DNA of 64,000 bases. Origin: a bacterium. Lineage in GTDB: Bacteria > Cyanobacteriota > Vampirovibrionia > Gastranaerophilales > JBAXKC01. The number at the start of each line of letters is the position of its first letter. The first letter of the stretch is position 1. The translations under genes and the position numbers were made by a program. Below the pieces are notes generated by a model. It was given only the letters and a program-made list of their open reading frames with translations. It was not told the DNA's origin and searched no databases. The stretch is from NCBI GenBank assembly GCA_037137535.1, contig JBAXKC010000006.1, forward strand, positions 10,835-74,834, read 5' to 3'. Positions 10,837-19,727 of the stretch are shown piece after piece.

Positions 10837-11232
10837 TTACTTAGACTTTCTTCTATTTTCTAATAAAACTTTAAAGCCTGCTAATAGTCCTTCTTTCAAA
10901 CTAGAAGCTACAACTTTTGCTTTATTTGCAATATTCTCAGCTGAATCTGAAACGGCATTTAAGCTGGTGCTGAACGCACTATTTATTTTATTTACATTTC
11001 CGTCCATGCTGAGTGTTACTGAATTTATATTTGCCAGTGTATATTTTAATTCTTTTAATGTCGGTTCAATTTCCTTCTTGAATAAGGTTGTTAATACTTG
11101 CAGTGACTTTGCAAGATTTGAAAGATCCATTAATAGTTTTACTAAAAAAACTGAAATAAATATTAGCATTACTATTGTTGTATATATCATAAACTCTAGC
11201 GGTTGCTGAATATTTTGTGATAAATTTTCCAC
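10837..11232 (-). CDS. DUF948/YoxC-like membrane coiled-coil protein
   Basis: N-terminal TM, then KKEIEPTLKELK heptad region; lies between two YtxH genes. Confidence 0.7.
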   Translation of the reverse strand: MENLSQNIQQPLEFMIYTTIVMLIFISVFLVKLLMDLSNLAKSLQVLTTLFKKEIEPTLKELKYTLANINSVTLSMDGNVNKINSAFSTSLNAVSDSAENIANKAKVVASSLKEGLLAGFKVLLENRRKSK

Positions 11233-11244
11233 AGAATTTTTCTC

Positions 11245-11562
11245 CTAGACACTATAATCTGATTCAAGCTCTTCTTTTCTTTTAGCCGCAGCTAATTTAG
11301 CAGCCTTAATAGCATTATTTATTTTGCCAAACTGACTTTCAAAGCTATATTTAAGTTTTACAATCATTTCTTTACTTTTGGCTTCTGTTGTTCTATATTC
11401 TTCAGGCATATCATCTACAAATCTGTTTAAAGTAGCTTTAAGCTCTTGCCTGACTTCTTCTCCTGATTTTGGAGTGGTCAAAAGTGCTGCTACGGCTCCA
11501 GCTGCTACGCCCGCTAATAAACCAATACCGAATACTACCGCACAGTCAGAAGATTTTGACAT
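11245..11562 (-). CDS. YtxH domain-containing protein
   Basis: FGIGLLAGVAAGAVAALLTTPKSGEEVR. Start set at the ATG downstream of GGAGGT. Confidence 0.85.
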   Translation of the reverse strand: MSKSSDCAVVFGIGLLAGVAAGAVAALLTTPKSGEEVRQELKATLNRFVDDMPEEYRTTEAKSKEMIVKLKYSFESQFGKINNAIKAAKLAAAKRKEELESDYSV

Positions 11563-11624
11563 TTTTACCTCCAATCTAAAAAAAACTCTCAACTGATTAA
11601 CATTTTGTTACAATAATAAATATA

Positions 11625-12026
11625 TCACAACGAATTGATTATTGTAGTCATTATTCTTTTTCTATAGTTCCATAGCTTTGAAACGAGAGAAAAAACGACA
11701 AATTTATTTTTAATTAGGCCCCCGCCTTTAAATTTCCATTTAATTATTGCTGAAACAATTACACCTGCCAGATAACCTAATTCTTGTGAATCTAACGGTT
11801 TTATTTTGAATTTATCATCGATTTCATCATTTAAAACAGATAAATTCTTTCTAAACTCAATCATTTTATAAGGCATTTCGTATAATAATTCATCAACAAG
11901 TTCTTGTTTTTCCTGAACCCATTTACTTGCTTTAAATATTGAGTAAATTATAAGATAGAAAACAGCAACTTCTATAAAAATAGCTATTATAATATGATTG
12001 TGTGTAATCATAAGTAACGAAATCAA
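11625..12026 (-). CDS. Hypothetical membrane protein
   Basis: 133-aa ORF with hydrophobic segments, co-oriented with the YtxH cluster. Confidence 0.6.
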   Translation of the reverse strand: MISLLMITHNHIIIAIFIEVAVFYLIIYSIFKASKWVQEKQELVDELLYEMPYKMIEFRKNLSVLNDEIDDKFKIKPLDSQELGYLAGVIVSAIIKWKFKGGGLIKNKFVVFSLVSKLWNYRKRIMTTIINSL

Positions 12027-12238
12027 CCCTTTCTTGACATACTTTTGTTTTTTAAAATTTATTATAACATATAAAATTCAAATGAGTTTAAATCTTAAGG
12101 TAAAAATGATTTTAAAAAAATTACCTGATTATACTAATTTTAGATATAATAAATATGGTCAACATAGCTAAAGGCTTTAATAACAATAAAATTAAACTTG
12201 CACACCTGATGAATATAATTTATAAATGGCAGATAAAA

Positions 12239-13624
12239 ATGAACAAAAAAATCGTTTACAAAACTTCAATATTAATGACAAAATTATCAGATTTAATTTT
12301 AAAAACAATTAATCCTGCAGGCGGAACAAGCCTTCCCGGTATGGTTGCAAGAAAAATATCTCCTGATATTTTATCTTATCTTGTTTCTCAGCGAAAAAAA
12401 GAATTAATCAGCATTACAGGCACTAACGGTAAAACTACTACATCGGGTTTTATTGCTTCAATTATTAAAAATAACGGATTTACACTTGCTCATAACAGAA
12501 AAGGAGCAAATATGCTGAATGGCATTACTGCGGCAATTGTAAAAGAAAGTTCGTTAAATGCTACTCTTGATGTTGATTATTGCTTATTAGAATCTGATGA
12601 GGCTTATCTGCCCAAACTTACCAATGAAATTAAGCCTGATATTATACTGGTAACAAATTTATTTAGGGATCAACTTGATAGATACGGTGAGCTTGACACG
12701 ACAGCAAAAAAAATACGTGAAGCAATAAATAATACTTCATCTGCAAAGCGGTTTAAACTTCTATTGAATGCAGATGACCCTATTGTTAGTAATATTACGC
12801 CTGATGATAAGAATATAAATAAAATTTATTATGGTCTTGAGGAAGTAATAATCAAAAATAGCAATGAAGAAGTTGAATCTCCTAAAGAAATTGCAAGTTG
12901 TGCTTGCGGTCAAAAGTTTCAATATGAAAAGATTTTTTATGGACATTTAGGTTTTTATTATTGTAGTTGCGGTATTAAAAGACCTTTACCTCATATAAAA
13001 GCTAAGGCTGTTGTTGACACTGATTGTTCAACTTTAGACATATCAACGGAAAGTGGAGAAGTATTTTCTGTTAAAATTGATATGCCTGGTCTTTACAATA
13101 TTTATAATGCATTGGGAGCTATTGCCACTGCGTTAGAGCTGGGTATAGCTCCCAATGACATTGCTAAAGGTTTAAGCAGTTATGATACTGTTTTTGGAAG
13201 AGCTGAAAATATCAGCTTAAATGGAAAACAGGCTATTATTCAGCTTATTAAAAACCCTATCGGAGCAACAGAAGTACTCAGAACCGTAAATATTGACCCA
13301 AATTCAAGACTTTTAATTATAATCAATGATAATTATGCTGATGGGCGAGATGTTTCATGGCTGTGGGATGCTAATTTTGAGCTTTTAAGTAATCATGTCA
13401 ATGAAATAGTGGTTAGCGGAGTAAGGGCTTCAGATATGGCTGTAAGGCTCAAATATGCGGGTATTGATCCAGATAGAATAAAAGTAATTGAAAATATGGA
13501 TAAAGCTTTGGATTATTCCGTAAAAGTGACTAATAACGATGAAAAACTTTATATTTTACCTACTTACACTGCATTATTAAAACTTCAGGGAATTCTAAGA
13601 AAATATAATAAAAAGTCTTTCTAA
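12239..13624 (+). CDS. murT: MurT-type Mur ligase with C-terminal DUF1727 (lipid II isoglutaminyl synthase subunit)
   Basis: GGTSLPG, TGTNGKTTT, NLFRDQLDRYGE, LNADDP, Cys zinc-finger insert, LIKNPIG, DGRDVSWLWD, PTYTA. Start uncertain (12155 or 12239). Confidence 0.88.
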   Translation: MNKKIVYKTSILMTKLSDLILKTINPAGGTSLPGMVARKISPDILSYLVSQRKKELISITGTNGKTTTSGFIASIIKNNGFTLAHNRKGANMLNGITAAIVKESSLNATLDVDYCLLESDEAYLPKLTNEIKPDIILVTNLFRDQLDRYGELDTTAKKIREAINNTSSAKRFKLLLNADDPIVSNITPDDKNINKIYYGLEEVIIKNSNEEVESPKEIASCACGQKFQYEKIFYGHLGFYYCSCGIKRPLPHIKAKAVVDTDCSTLDISTESGEVFSVKIDMPGLYNIYNALGAIATALELGIAPNDIAKGLSSYDTVFGRAENISLNGKQAIIQLIKNPIGATEVLRTVNIDPNSRLLIIINDNYADGRDVSWLWDANFELLSNHVNEIVVSGVRASDMAVRLKYAGIDPDRIKVIENMDKALDYSVKVTNNDEKLYILPTYTALLKLQGILRKYNKKSF

Positions 13625-13638
13625 AAGAAAGACTTTTT
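13610..13638. terminator. Probable bidirectional terminator
   Basis: AAAAAGTCTTTCT / AGAAAGACTTTTT inverted repeat at the convergent murT/GGDEF junction. Confidence 0.6.
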
Positions 13639-13660
13639 AAAAAGAATTAAAGTTTGCTGT

Positions 13661-15286
13661 TTAATATGCGGTTACATCTTGAATAATATAGCAATCATCT
13701 TGATTAAATTCAGCTACGCAGTTTTTGCCGTTTCTTTTTGCAAAATATAATGCTTTATCAGCTTTAGAAATAATTTCTTCTTGAGTATTTGCATCATCAG
13801 GAAAAGATGAGATACCAACACTTATTGTTGGTCTGACGATGCTGCCGTCTTTTGTCGTTACAGCAATTTCTTCAATATGATGTCTTAATCTTTCAGCAAT
13901 TTTTCTTGAACTTTCTTTTGCCGTTTCAGGTAAGATAATTGCGAATTCTTCACCACCATATCTGCAAGCCATGTCAATTTTCCTAACAGTTCTTAATATG
14001 ACCTGTGAAGTCTGTCTGAGGACTTCATCGCCAACTTGATGTCCATAAGTATCATTTATGTTTTTAAAATTGTCTATATCCATCATGAGCAGGCTTACTT
14101 TGTGTCTATACCTGTTAGAACGACGAATTTCGTTATCTAATAAATAATGGAAATGTCTGTATATAAATAATTTTGTAAGACCATCAGTAGTTGCAAGCTC
14201 ATAAAGTTGAGCATTATTAATAGCTATAGCTGCCTGATTTGCTAAAGCGCCCATAAAATCAAGATCATCTTGATTAAAGAATTTTCCATCCTGTTTATTG
14301 GTAATGTTTATTACTCCGATAACTTCTTCTTTAACTATTAAAGGAATACAAAGAATAGAATCTACTTTTGATTCGGTTGATTGTTTAAATCTAGGGTCAT
14401 CAGAACCTAAATTTGTAATAATAGCTCTTTTTGATTGAAATACATTTCCTGCAATTCCTTCGCCGATTTTAATTCTTGTACATTCAAAGATGCCTTCATT
14501 AATTTTCTCTTCAACTTCTTTATCGGGAATTCCATAAACAACCTTGACGGCTAAATCTTCCGTTGTAGCATCATATAGCATTAAAGAGCCTTTTTGCGCT
14601 CCTATATTCTGTACTGCTTTGCCAAGAATAATTTTTAACAGTTTTTTTAAATCATCAATAAAGTTCATCGCTTGACCGATGTTGTAGAGAATAGAAATAT
14701 TGTGAAGTGTTTTTTGTAGTTCGGTCGTTTGAGATTCACGAGCTTCATGTTGTTTATGTTTCCATAAAGGGCTTGAAATCTGACTTGATGCCTTTTTGAT
14801 AAAGCTTATATCTTCTTCTGTATATCTCTCAGATTGATTTTTTCTTCCTAATGTAAGAATGGCAATGACTTCACCTTCTTGAACAAAAGGAACCCATAAC
14901 ATTGAGTGAAGATCGTTTAATTTATTTCTTTCAAAAAACTGATTATAAATATTTTTTTCTTCCTCATCAATAACTAGAAAAGGAATTCCATTCTCTATAA
15001 TTTGCCAAATACCTTCACCCTTATTGATAAATTCAAATGAGCAAAAATCACTTAGGTTTTCATCACAAAGAACTTTAAATTTATCTCCATCAGGAGCAAA
15101 AAAGGCAACGCCTTGCGGATCATAATGTAATTTTATGAACTTAATGAATTTTTCAGCTAAAGTGTAAAAACTATCTGTGCTGTTAATTAGATTATTAACT
15201 TCAAATAGTTTGTTCAATTCAAAGACTTCTCTTTTAAGTTTTATAAAATTTTGAAAAAAACTTTCACTTGATAAAGGATCCGACAT
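13661..15286 (-). CDS. GAF-GAF-GGDEF diguanylate cyclase
   Basis: Two GAF domains; TDGLT, DIDNFKNINDTYGH, RKID I-site (RxxD), GGEEF active site, KRNGKN. Confidence 0.93.
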   Translation of the reverse strand: MSDPLSSESFFQNFIKLKREVFELNKLFEVNNLINSTDSFYTLAEKFIKFIKLHYDPQGVAFFAPDGDKFKVLCDENLSDFCSFEFINKGEGIWQIIENGIPFLVIDEEEKNIYNQFFERNKLNDLHSMLWVPFVQEGEVIAILTLGRKNQSERYTEEDISFIKKASSQISSPLWKHKQHEARESQTTELQKTLHNISILYNIGQAMNFIDDLKKLLKIILGKAVQNIGAQKGSLMLYDATTEDLAVKVVYGIPDKEVEEKINEGIFECTRIKIGEGIAGNVFQSKRAIITNLGSDDPRFKQSTESKVDSILCIPLIVKEEVIGVINITNKQDGKFFNQDDLDFMGALANQAAIAINNAQLYELATTDGLTKLFIYRHFHYLLDNEIRRSNRYRHKVSLLMMDIDNFKNINDTYGHQVGDEVLRQTSQVILRTVRKIDMACRYGGEEFAIILPETAKESSRKIAERLRHHIEEIAVTTKDGSIVRPTISVGISSFPDDANTQEEIISKADKALYFAKRNGKNCVAEFNQDDCYIIQDVTAY

Positions 15287-15444
15287 TTCTCTTCCTAATT
15301 CTTGCCCTAAAAATCGTTACTTTTTGATTATAAATAATTATATCCTAAATGTCTATTTTAAACTAAAATAGGAGATTATTATGTAGAGATATAGTCTAAT
15401 TATATGATATTTTAAGAATTATAGAATAAAGTTTAGGTGGATTT

Positions 15445-16575
15445 ATGATGAATTTTGAAGAAATAAGAGAACATTTTCCTGTATGCCGTAACTTGATTTA
15501 CTTTGATAACGCAGCTGTTGCTCCAATTCATACATTAAGCATTAAATATGCTGATGATTATTTAGATCATTTTTTAAATTACGGATTTAGAGATTATGAT
15601 ACATGGTTCAATAAATACGAAGAAATAAGAGAAGGTCTTGGAAAATTTATAGGAGCTAAAAAATCTGAAATAGCTTTTATAAAAAATACTTCTGCGGGGA
15701 TTTCTGTTTTTGCAAATGGTGTGGACTTTAAAGATGGCGATAATGTTATAATTCCAAATATTGAATACCCTGCAAATGTTTATCCATGGTTAAATCTAGC
15801 ATCCAAAGGTGTTAAAACTAAGTTTTTAAAAGCTGATAACGGTTACATTGATCTTAATGCATTAAGTGCACTTATTGACTGTAATACACGAGTTCTTTCA
15901 ATCAGTTGGATAGAATTTGTAAATGGATTTAAAAATGATTTAAAAGCTATATCAGAACTTTGCATGCAAAAATCTTTAGAGTATGGAAGAAAAATTTACT
16001 TTTGTGTAGATGCTATTCAAGGCTTAGGGGCTTTTGATATTGATGTAAAGGCTTTAAATATTGACTTTTTAGCGGCTGACGGACACAAATGGTTTTTAGC
16101 TCTTGAAGGAGCAGGATTTTTATATTGTTCTGAAGACATAATTGATGAAATTAAACCTGCATCTGTGGGCTGGAAAAGTGTTGAAAATCCTTTGGATTTT
16201 ACTGATATTAATTTTACTCTTCAAAAGACAGCTAATAAATTTGAAGAAGGTACTTTAAATGTTGTTGGTATTCTTTCACTTGGTGCAAGTTTAGATCTTT
16301 TTAATTCAATAGGCATAAAGAATATTGAGGATAGAATACTCTCTCTAAGTAATTATGCAGTTGAAAAAATCTCTCAAAAAGCTGAATTGAAAAGTTATCG
16401 GCAAGAAAAGCATCGTTCGGGAATCATATCATTTGTTACAAAAGATATTGAGAAAGATTTCTTAAAGCTGCTTGCAAACAAAGTACAGCTATCAAAACGA
16501 GGCGAGATGTTAAGAATTTCTCCGCACTTCTATAATACTCATGAGGAAATTGATAGATTTGTGGATATGCTTTAA
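15445..16575 (+). CDS. Class V PLP-dependent aminotransferase-fold enzyme
   Basis: YFDNAA, EYPAN, VDAIQ, ADGHKW (PLP Lys), FEEGT, LRISPHFYN. No Cys in the C-terminal persulfide loop region. Confidence 0.88.
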   Translation: MMNFEEIREHFPVCRNLIYFDNAAVAPIHTLSIKYADDYLDHFLNYGFRDYDTWFNKYEEIREGLGKFIGAKKSEIAFIKNTSAGISVFANGVDFKDGDNVIIPNIEYPANVYPWLNLASKGVKTKFLKADNGYIDLNALSALIDCNTRVLSISWIEFVNGFKNDLKAISELCMQKSLEYGRKIYFCVDAIQGLGAFDIDVKALNIDFLAADGHKWFLALEGAGFLYCSEDIIDEIKPASVGWKSVENPLDFTDINFTLQKTANKFEEGTLNVVGILSLGASLDLFNSIGIKNIEDRILSLSNYAVEKISQKAELKSYRQEKHRSGIISFVTKDIEKDFLKLLANKVQLSKRGEMLRISPHFYNTHEEIDRFVDML

Positions 16576-16643
16576 GTTTTATACATCAAAAGAGCTACCC
16601 CTTTAGTTATGCTATTGTCAATATCGAAGTATGCTTTTGGATA

Positions 16644-16763
16644 GGACGATTGGGGAATACGTCCATGAGAATGAATTTGGTTTTATATAGTCAGTGCATA
16701 TTCCACTCTCACTCATAAACTGTTTTCTTAAAGATCGGATTTACTTTTCTGGTCTTTTTTTTT
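16644..16763 (+). other. Candidate structured leader or small RNA containing a 17-codon ORF (16665-16718)
   Basis: Hairpin GGACG...CGTCC enclosing GGGGAA; second imperfect stem ATGAG...CTCAT; then an intrinsic terminator. No match to a riboswitch consensus I know. Confidence 0.4.
16730..16763 (+). terminator. Rho-independent terminator upstream of the nitrogenase-like operon
   Basis: AAAGATCGGA pairs with TCTGGTCTTT (two G-U pairs), followed by a long T run. Confidence 0.75.
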
Positions 16764-16823
16764 ATCTTTAAATAAGTATGATAATTCTTTTAACTAAAAA
16801 ATTAAAATAAATATTGAGTCATT

Positions 16824-17408
16824 ATGGAAAATAACTATCTAAAAATAAATATTGTTGATGTAAATGAAATAATTTTAAGTTTACAAACTAATAAAAATGA
16901 CTTTATAAAAAATCACATTAAACATACTAAAATTAAAAATATTGAATTTACTGTTAATAACTGTGTTTATGGGCAAGAAGTTATTTCATTTTGCTGTTTT
17001 ATTAAAATACCTGTTTGGGAATTAAAATTGAGAGAACTGCTAAAGCCATTTCAACTGATAGATTTAGGTAATCAAATATTTGAAATAAAGTTTAACGATA
17101 AACACGTTAGTTATTTAAAATATCAGAAAAATTTTGGTATATATATTTTTAATGGACGACCTGATCTCTTTTCAAAAATGAAAAAAGAGAACTTTATTAA
17201 TATAAATTATTTTGAAGAAACATTTCAAAATACCATTAATTTTGTGGAATTATTTTTAAATCTGATATATAAAGATAATATTCATTCTAAATTAGAAATA
17301 ATGCCCTCAGCTAATAGAAAAAAAACAGAAACATTGGAATATAAAAAAACAAAAGAACTTCCTGAATCACTAAAACGCTTTTATAAAAGAATTGGACACA
17401 ATCAATGA
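16824..17408 (+). CDS. Hypothetical protein, first gene of the nitrogenase-like operon
   Basis: 194-aa ORF whose stop overlaps the next start (ATGA at 17405-17408). No recognised motif. Confidence 0.65.
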   Translation: MENNYLKINIVDVNEIILSLQTNKNDFIKNHIKHTKIKNIEFTVNNCVYGQEVISFCCFIKIPVWELKLRELLKPFQLIDLGNQIFEIKFNDKHVSYLKYQKNFGIYIFNGRPDLFSKMKKENFININYFEETFQNTINFVELFLNLIYKDNIHSKLEIMPSANRKKTETLEYKKTKELPESLKRFYKRIGHNQ

Positions 17409-18250
17409 GCAAAAAAATCAGACAAATAGCTATATACGGAAAAGGCGGCATCGGAAAATCAACCACTTCTTCAAATTTAACTGCTGCGATTAGCTATATG
17501 AATTTCAACCTTGCTCAAGTCGGTTGTGACCCTAAATCTGATTCTGTTAATTCACTTGTAAAGGGTGAATTTATAAAGACTGTTTCAGATTTAGTTAGAG
17601 ATTATGGAGAAAGTGAAGAAACTTTATTAGAGTCAGTAAGGCAAGGTTTTAATAATATTTCTTGTATTGAATCAGGCGGACCAGAACCGGGACAAGGATG
17701 TGCAGGCAGAGGTGTTTTAGTTGCGCTGAATTTAATTGAAAAATATAAAATTTATAAAAAATTCAATATAGATTTTGTTGTATATGACGTACTTGGGGAT
17801 ATTGTCTGTGGTGGCTTTGCTCAGCCTGTAAGGCAAGGTTTTGCTGAAGAGATATACATTGTGACCAGCGGTGAATATATGTCGCTTTATGCGGCTAATA
17901 ATATTGCTAAAAGTATTAAATCCTTTGCTGAAAGTGGATTGAATTCCAGACTTTGCGGAATAATTGCAAACTTGAAAAATACTGAAAACGAAAAAGATAC
18001 TATTGAAGAATTCTCAAAAAAACTTAATGTTCCTGTTATACATTATGTTCCACGTTCTAAATTGGTACAGGATGCAGAATTTCAAGGAATGACAGTTATT
18101 GAGGCTTTTCCTGACTCAGAACAGGCTGAACAATACTTTGAATTGGCTCATAATATAATAAATAATACAGTTAAAAACATTCCAACTCCTTTAAATAAAG
18201 AGGAATTGCTTAATTTAACACAAAAATATAGGCAAAATTATGTCAGATAA
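17405..18250 (+). CDS. nflH: Nitrogenase iron-protein-like ATPase/reductase (NifH/BchX/BchL/CfbC family)
   Basis: YGKGGIGKSTT, GCDPKSDS, ESGGPEPGQGCAGRG, YDVLGDIVCGGFA; both [4Fe-4S] cysteines present. Confidence 0.95.
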   Translation: MSKKIRQIAIYGKGGIGKSTTSSNLTAAISYMNFNLAQVGCDPKSDSVNSLVKGEFIKTVSDLVRDYGESEETLLESVRQGFNNISCIESGGPEPGQGCAGRGVLVALNLIEKYKIYKKFNIDFVVYDVLGDIVCGGFAQPVRQGFAEEIYIVTSGEYMSLYAANNIAKSIKSFAESGLNSRLCGIIANLKNTENEKDTIEEFSKKLNVPVIHYVPRSKLVQDAEFQGMTVIEAFPDSEQAEQYFELAHNIINNTVKNIPTPLNKEELLNLTQKYRQNYVR

Positions 18251-19727
18251 AATAAAAACGAAATATAATTGGGTAAAAGTTTCTGAAATGTATGACGAAA
18301 CTCCTAATCTTAACTCCAATTATGCTAAAAATTGCACACATAAAGGCTATGAGGGTTTGTGGTGTAAACTAATTAAAGCAGTAACCTCTTATGGAATGAC
18401 CAACGACTGCGTAGCGGTAATCCATGGGCCTACTAACTGTGCCTGGGCTGTTAGGAATTTCTGTTCTACCAATTATAGCCTATATTACGGTAATTCTTTC
18501 TTGCATATGCCTACAACTGCTTTGAATAACAGTTCAATAGTAAATGGCGCTGAAAAAGAACTTATAGACACTCTAATTGAGGTGGATAAAACTTATAAAC
18601 CTCAACACATAGCAGTTTTTGATACTTGTTCTACCTCTTTAATAGGCGATAATATTCAAAATTGTATTAACGAAGCTCAATTAAAATGTGCGGCTAAAAT
18701 TAATTTTATTGAGGGAGCAGGGTTTTCTTCACCTCCATTAGGGCAATCTATTCAGGAAACTGCTGTAAAATACGGTGAAATCATGGAAAAACCTGTGCAC
18801 ATAATTCCTAAATCCGTTAATATTCTTGGACAATACAAAGAGGGGCATTGCAATAAAAAAAAGAAAAAAAGGGGTAAATATCCCGATGATGCTCAAGAGT
18901 TAGTGAGATATATCGAGGCATTAGGGCTTAATATTCATAGAGTTCTGATATCAGGCGATTATGAATATATTAAAACAGCACCAGAGGCTTTAGTAAATGT
19001 GATAAGTTGCCCAACATGGGGACTACCACTTGCTAAGACAATGAAAGACATGTTTGATACTCCTTATTTGCCGCATTCTGTTCCGACAGGCATTGAGTCA
19101 ACTTGCAGGTGGATAAGGGATTTGGCCTATTTTACGGATACGGTTGATGAAGCTGAAATTCTTATAAATAAAGAATTAGAGCTACTTAATTTGATTTTTG
19201 AAAAAGCAAAAACTCTTGTAAATGGAAAAACAGCCCTCATTGAATGTGGAAGAAATTCTATGACAGCCTTTGCAAGGCCGATGGCATTGGCAAGATTTCT
19301 TCAAGAGCTTGGAATGAAGCCGTATTTGTTCGGATTGCATCCGTTTGAGCTTAAAGCTAAAGGCATTGACCTTGATTATTTCTTGTGGGATGGCTTTAAT
19401 CCTATGATTTTAAGCGATCCGTATCATTATCAAAATCCCACTAATATTGCTAATGTGATAAAAGATCTTGAATTAAAAGAAGAAGATTATGTCTATTTTT
19501 CACAAGATGTTTTTCCTATGGCAAAATCGGGAGAGTTTGACCCGTCCTCAAATGCTAAGGTTGAAGTAAGTGTTCATTTAAGAAGAGTTTTTAATTCGCC
19601 CGGTAGAGGTGTCGGTTTTAAGGGAGCTGAAGCACTTTGTCAGAATATTATAGAGTCGGTTTTAATGGCATCAAGAAAAACAAAACCAACTCTTTATGGT
19701 AGAGTTCACGGTGAATTTTATGATTAA
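18240..19727 (+). CDS. nflD: Nitrogenase component-1-like alpha subunit (NifD-like, non-canonical)
   Basis: Cys42 (WCKL), Cys67 (HGPTNC), Cys130 (DTCSTSLIGDN), GAGF, VNILG, Cys257 (NVISC), C-terminal GFKGA. Lacks the NifD SQSLGHH motif. Confidence 0.88.
   Translation: MSDKIKTKYNWVKVSEMYDETPNLNSNYAKNCTHKGYEGLWCKLIKAVTSYGMTNDCVAVIHGPTNCAWAVRNFCSTNYSLYYGNSFLHMPTTALNNSSIVNGAEKELIDTLIEVDKTYKPQHIAVFDTCSTSLIGDNIQNCINEAQLKCAAKINFIEGAGFSSPPLGQSIQETAVKYGEIMEKPVHIIPKSVNILGQYKEGHCNKKKKKRGKYPDDAQELVRYIEALGLNIHRVLISGDYEYIKTAPEALVNVISCPTWGLPLAKTMKDMFDTPYLPHSVPTGIESTCRWIRDLAYFTDTVDEAEILINKELELLNLIFEKAKTLVNGKTALIECGRNSMTAFARPMALARFLQELGMKPYLFGLHPFELKAKGIDLDYFLWDGFNPMILSDPYHYQNPTNIANVIKDLELKEEDYVYFSQDVFPMAKSGEFDPSSNAKVEVSVHLRRVFNSPGRGVGFKGAEALCQNIIESVLMASRKTKPTLYGRVHGEFYD

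Noticed and set aside
15445-16575. nifS/sufS cysteine desulfurase
   Set aside because: The catalytic Cys loop is absent.
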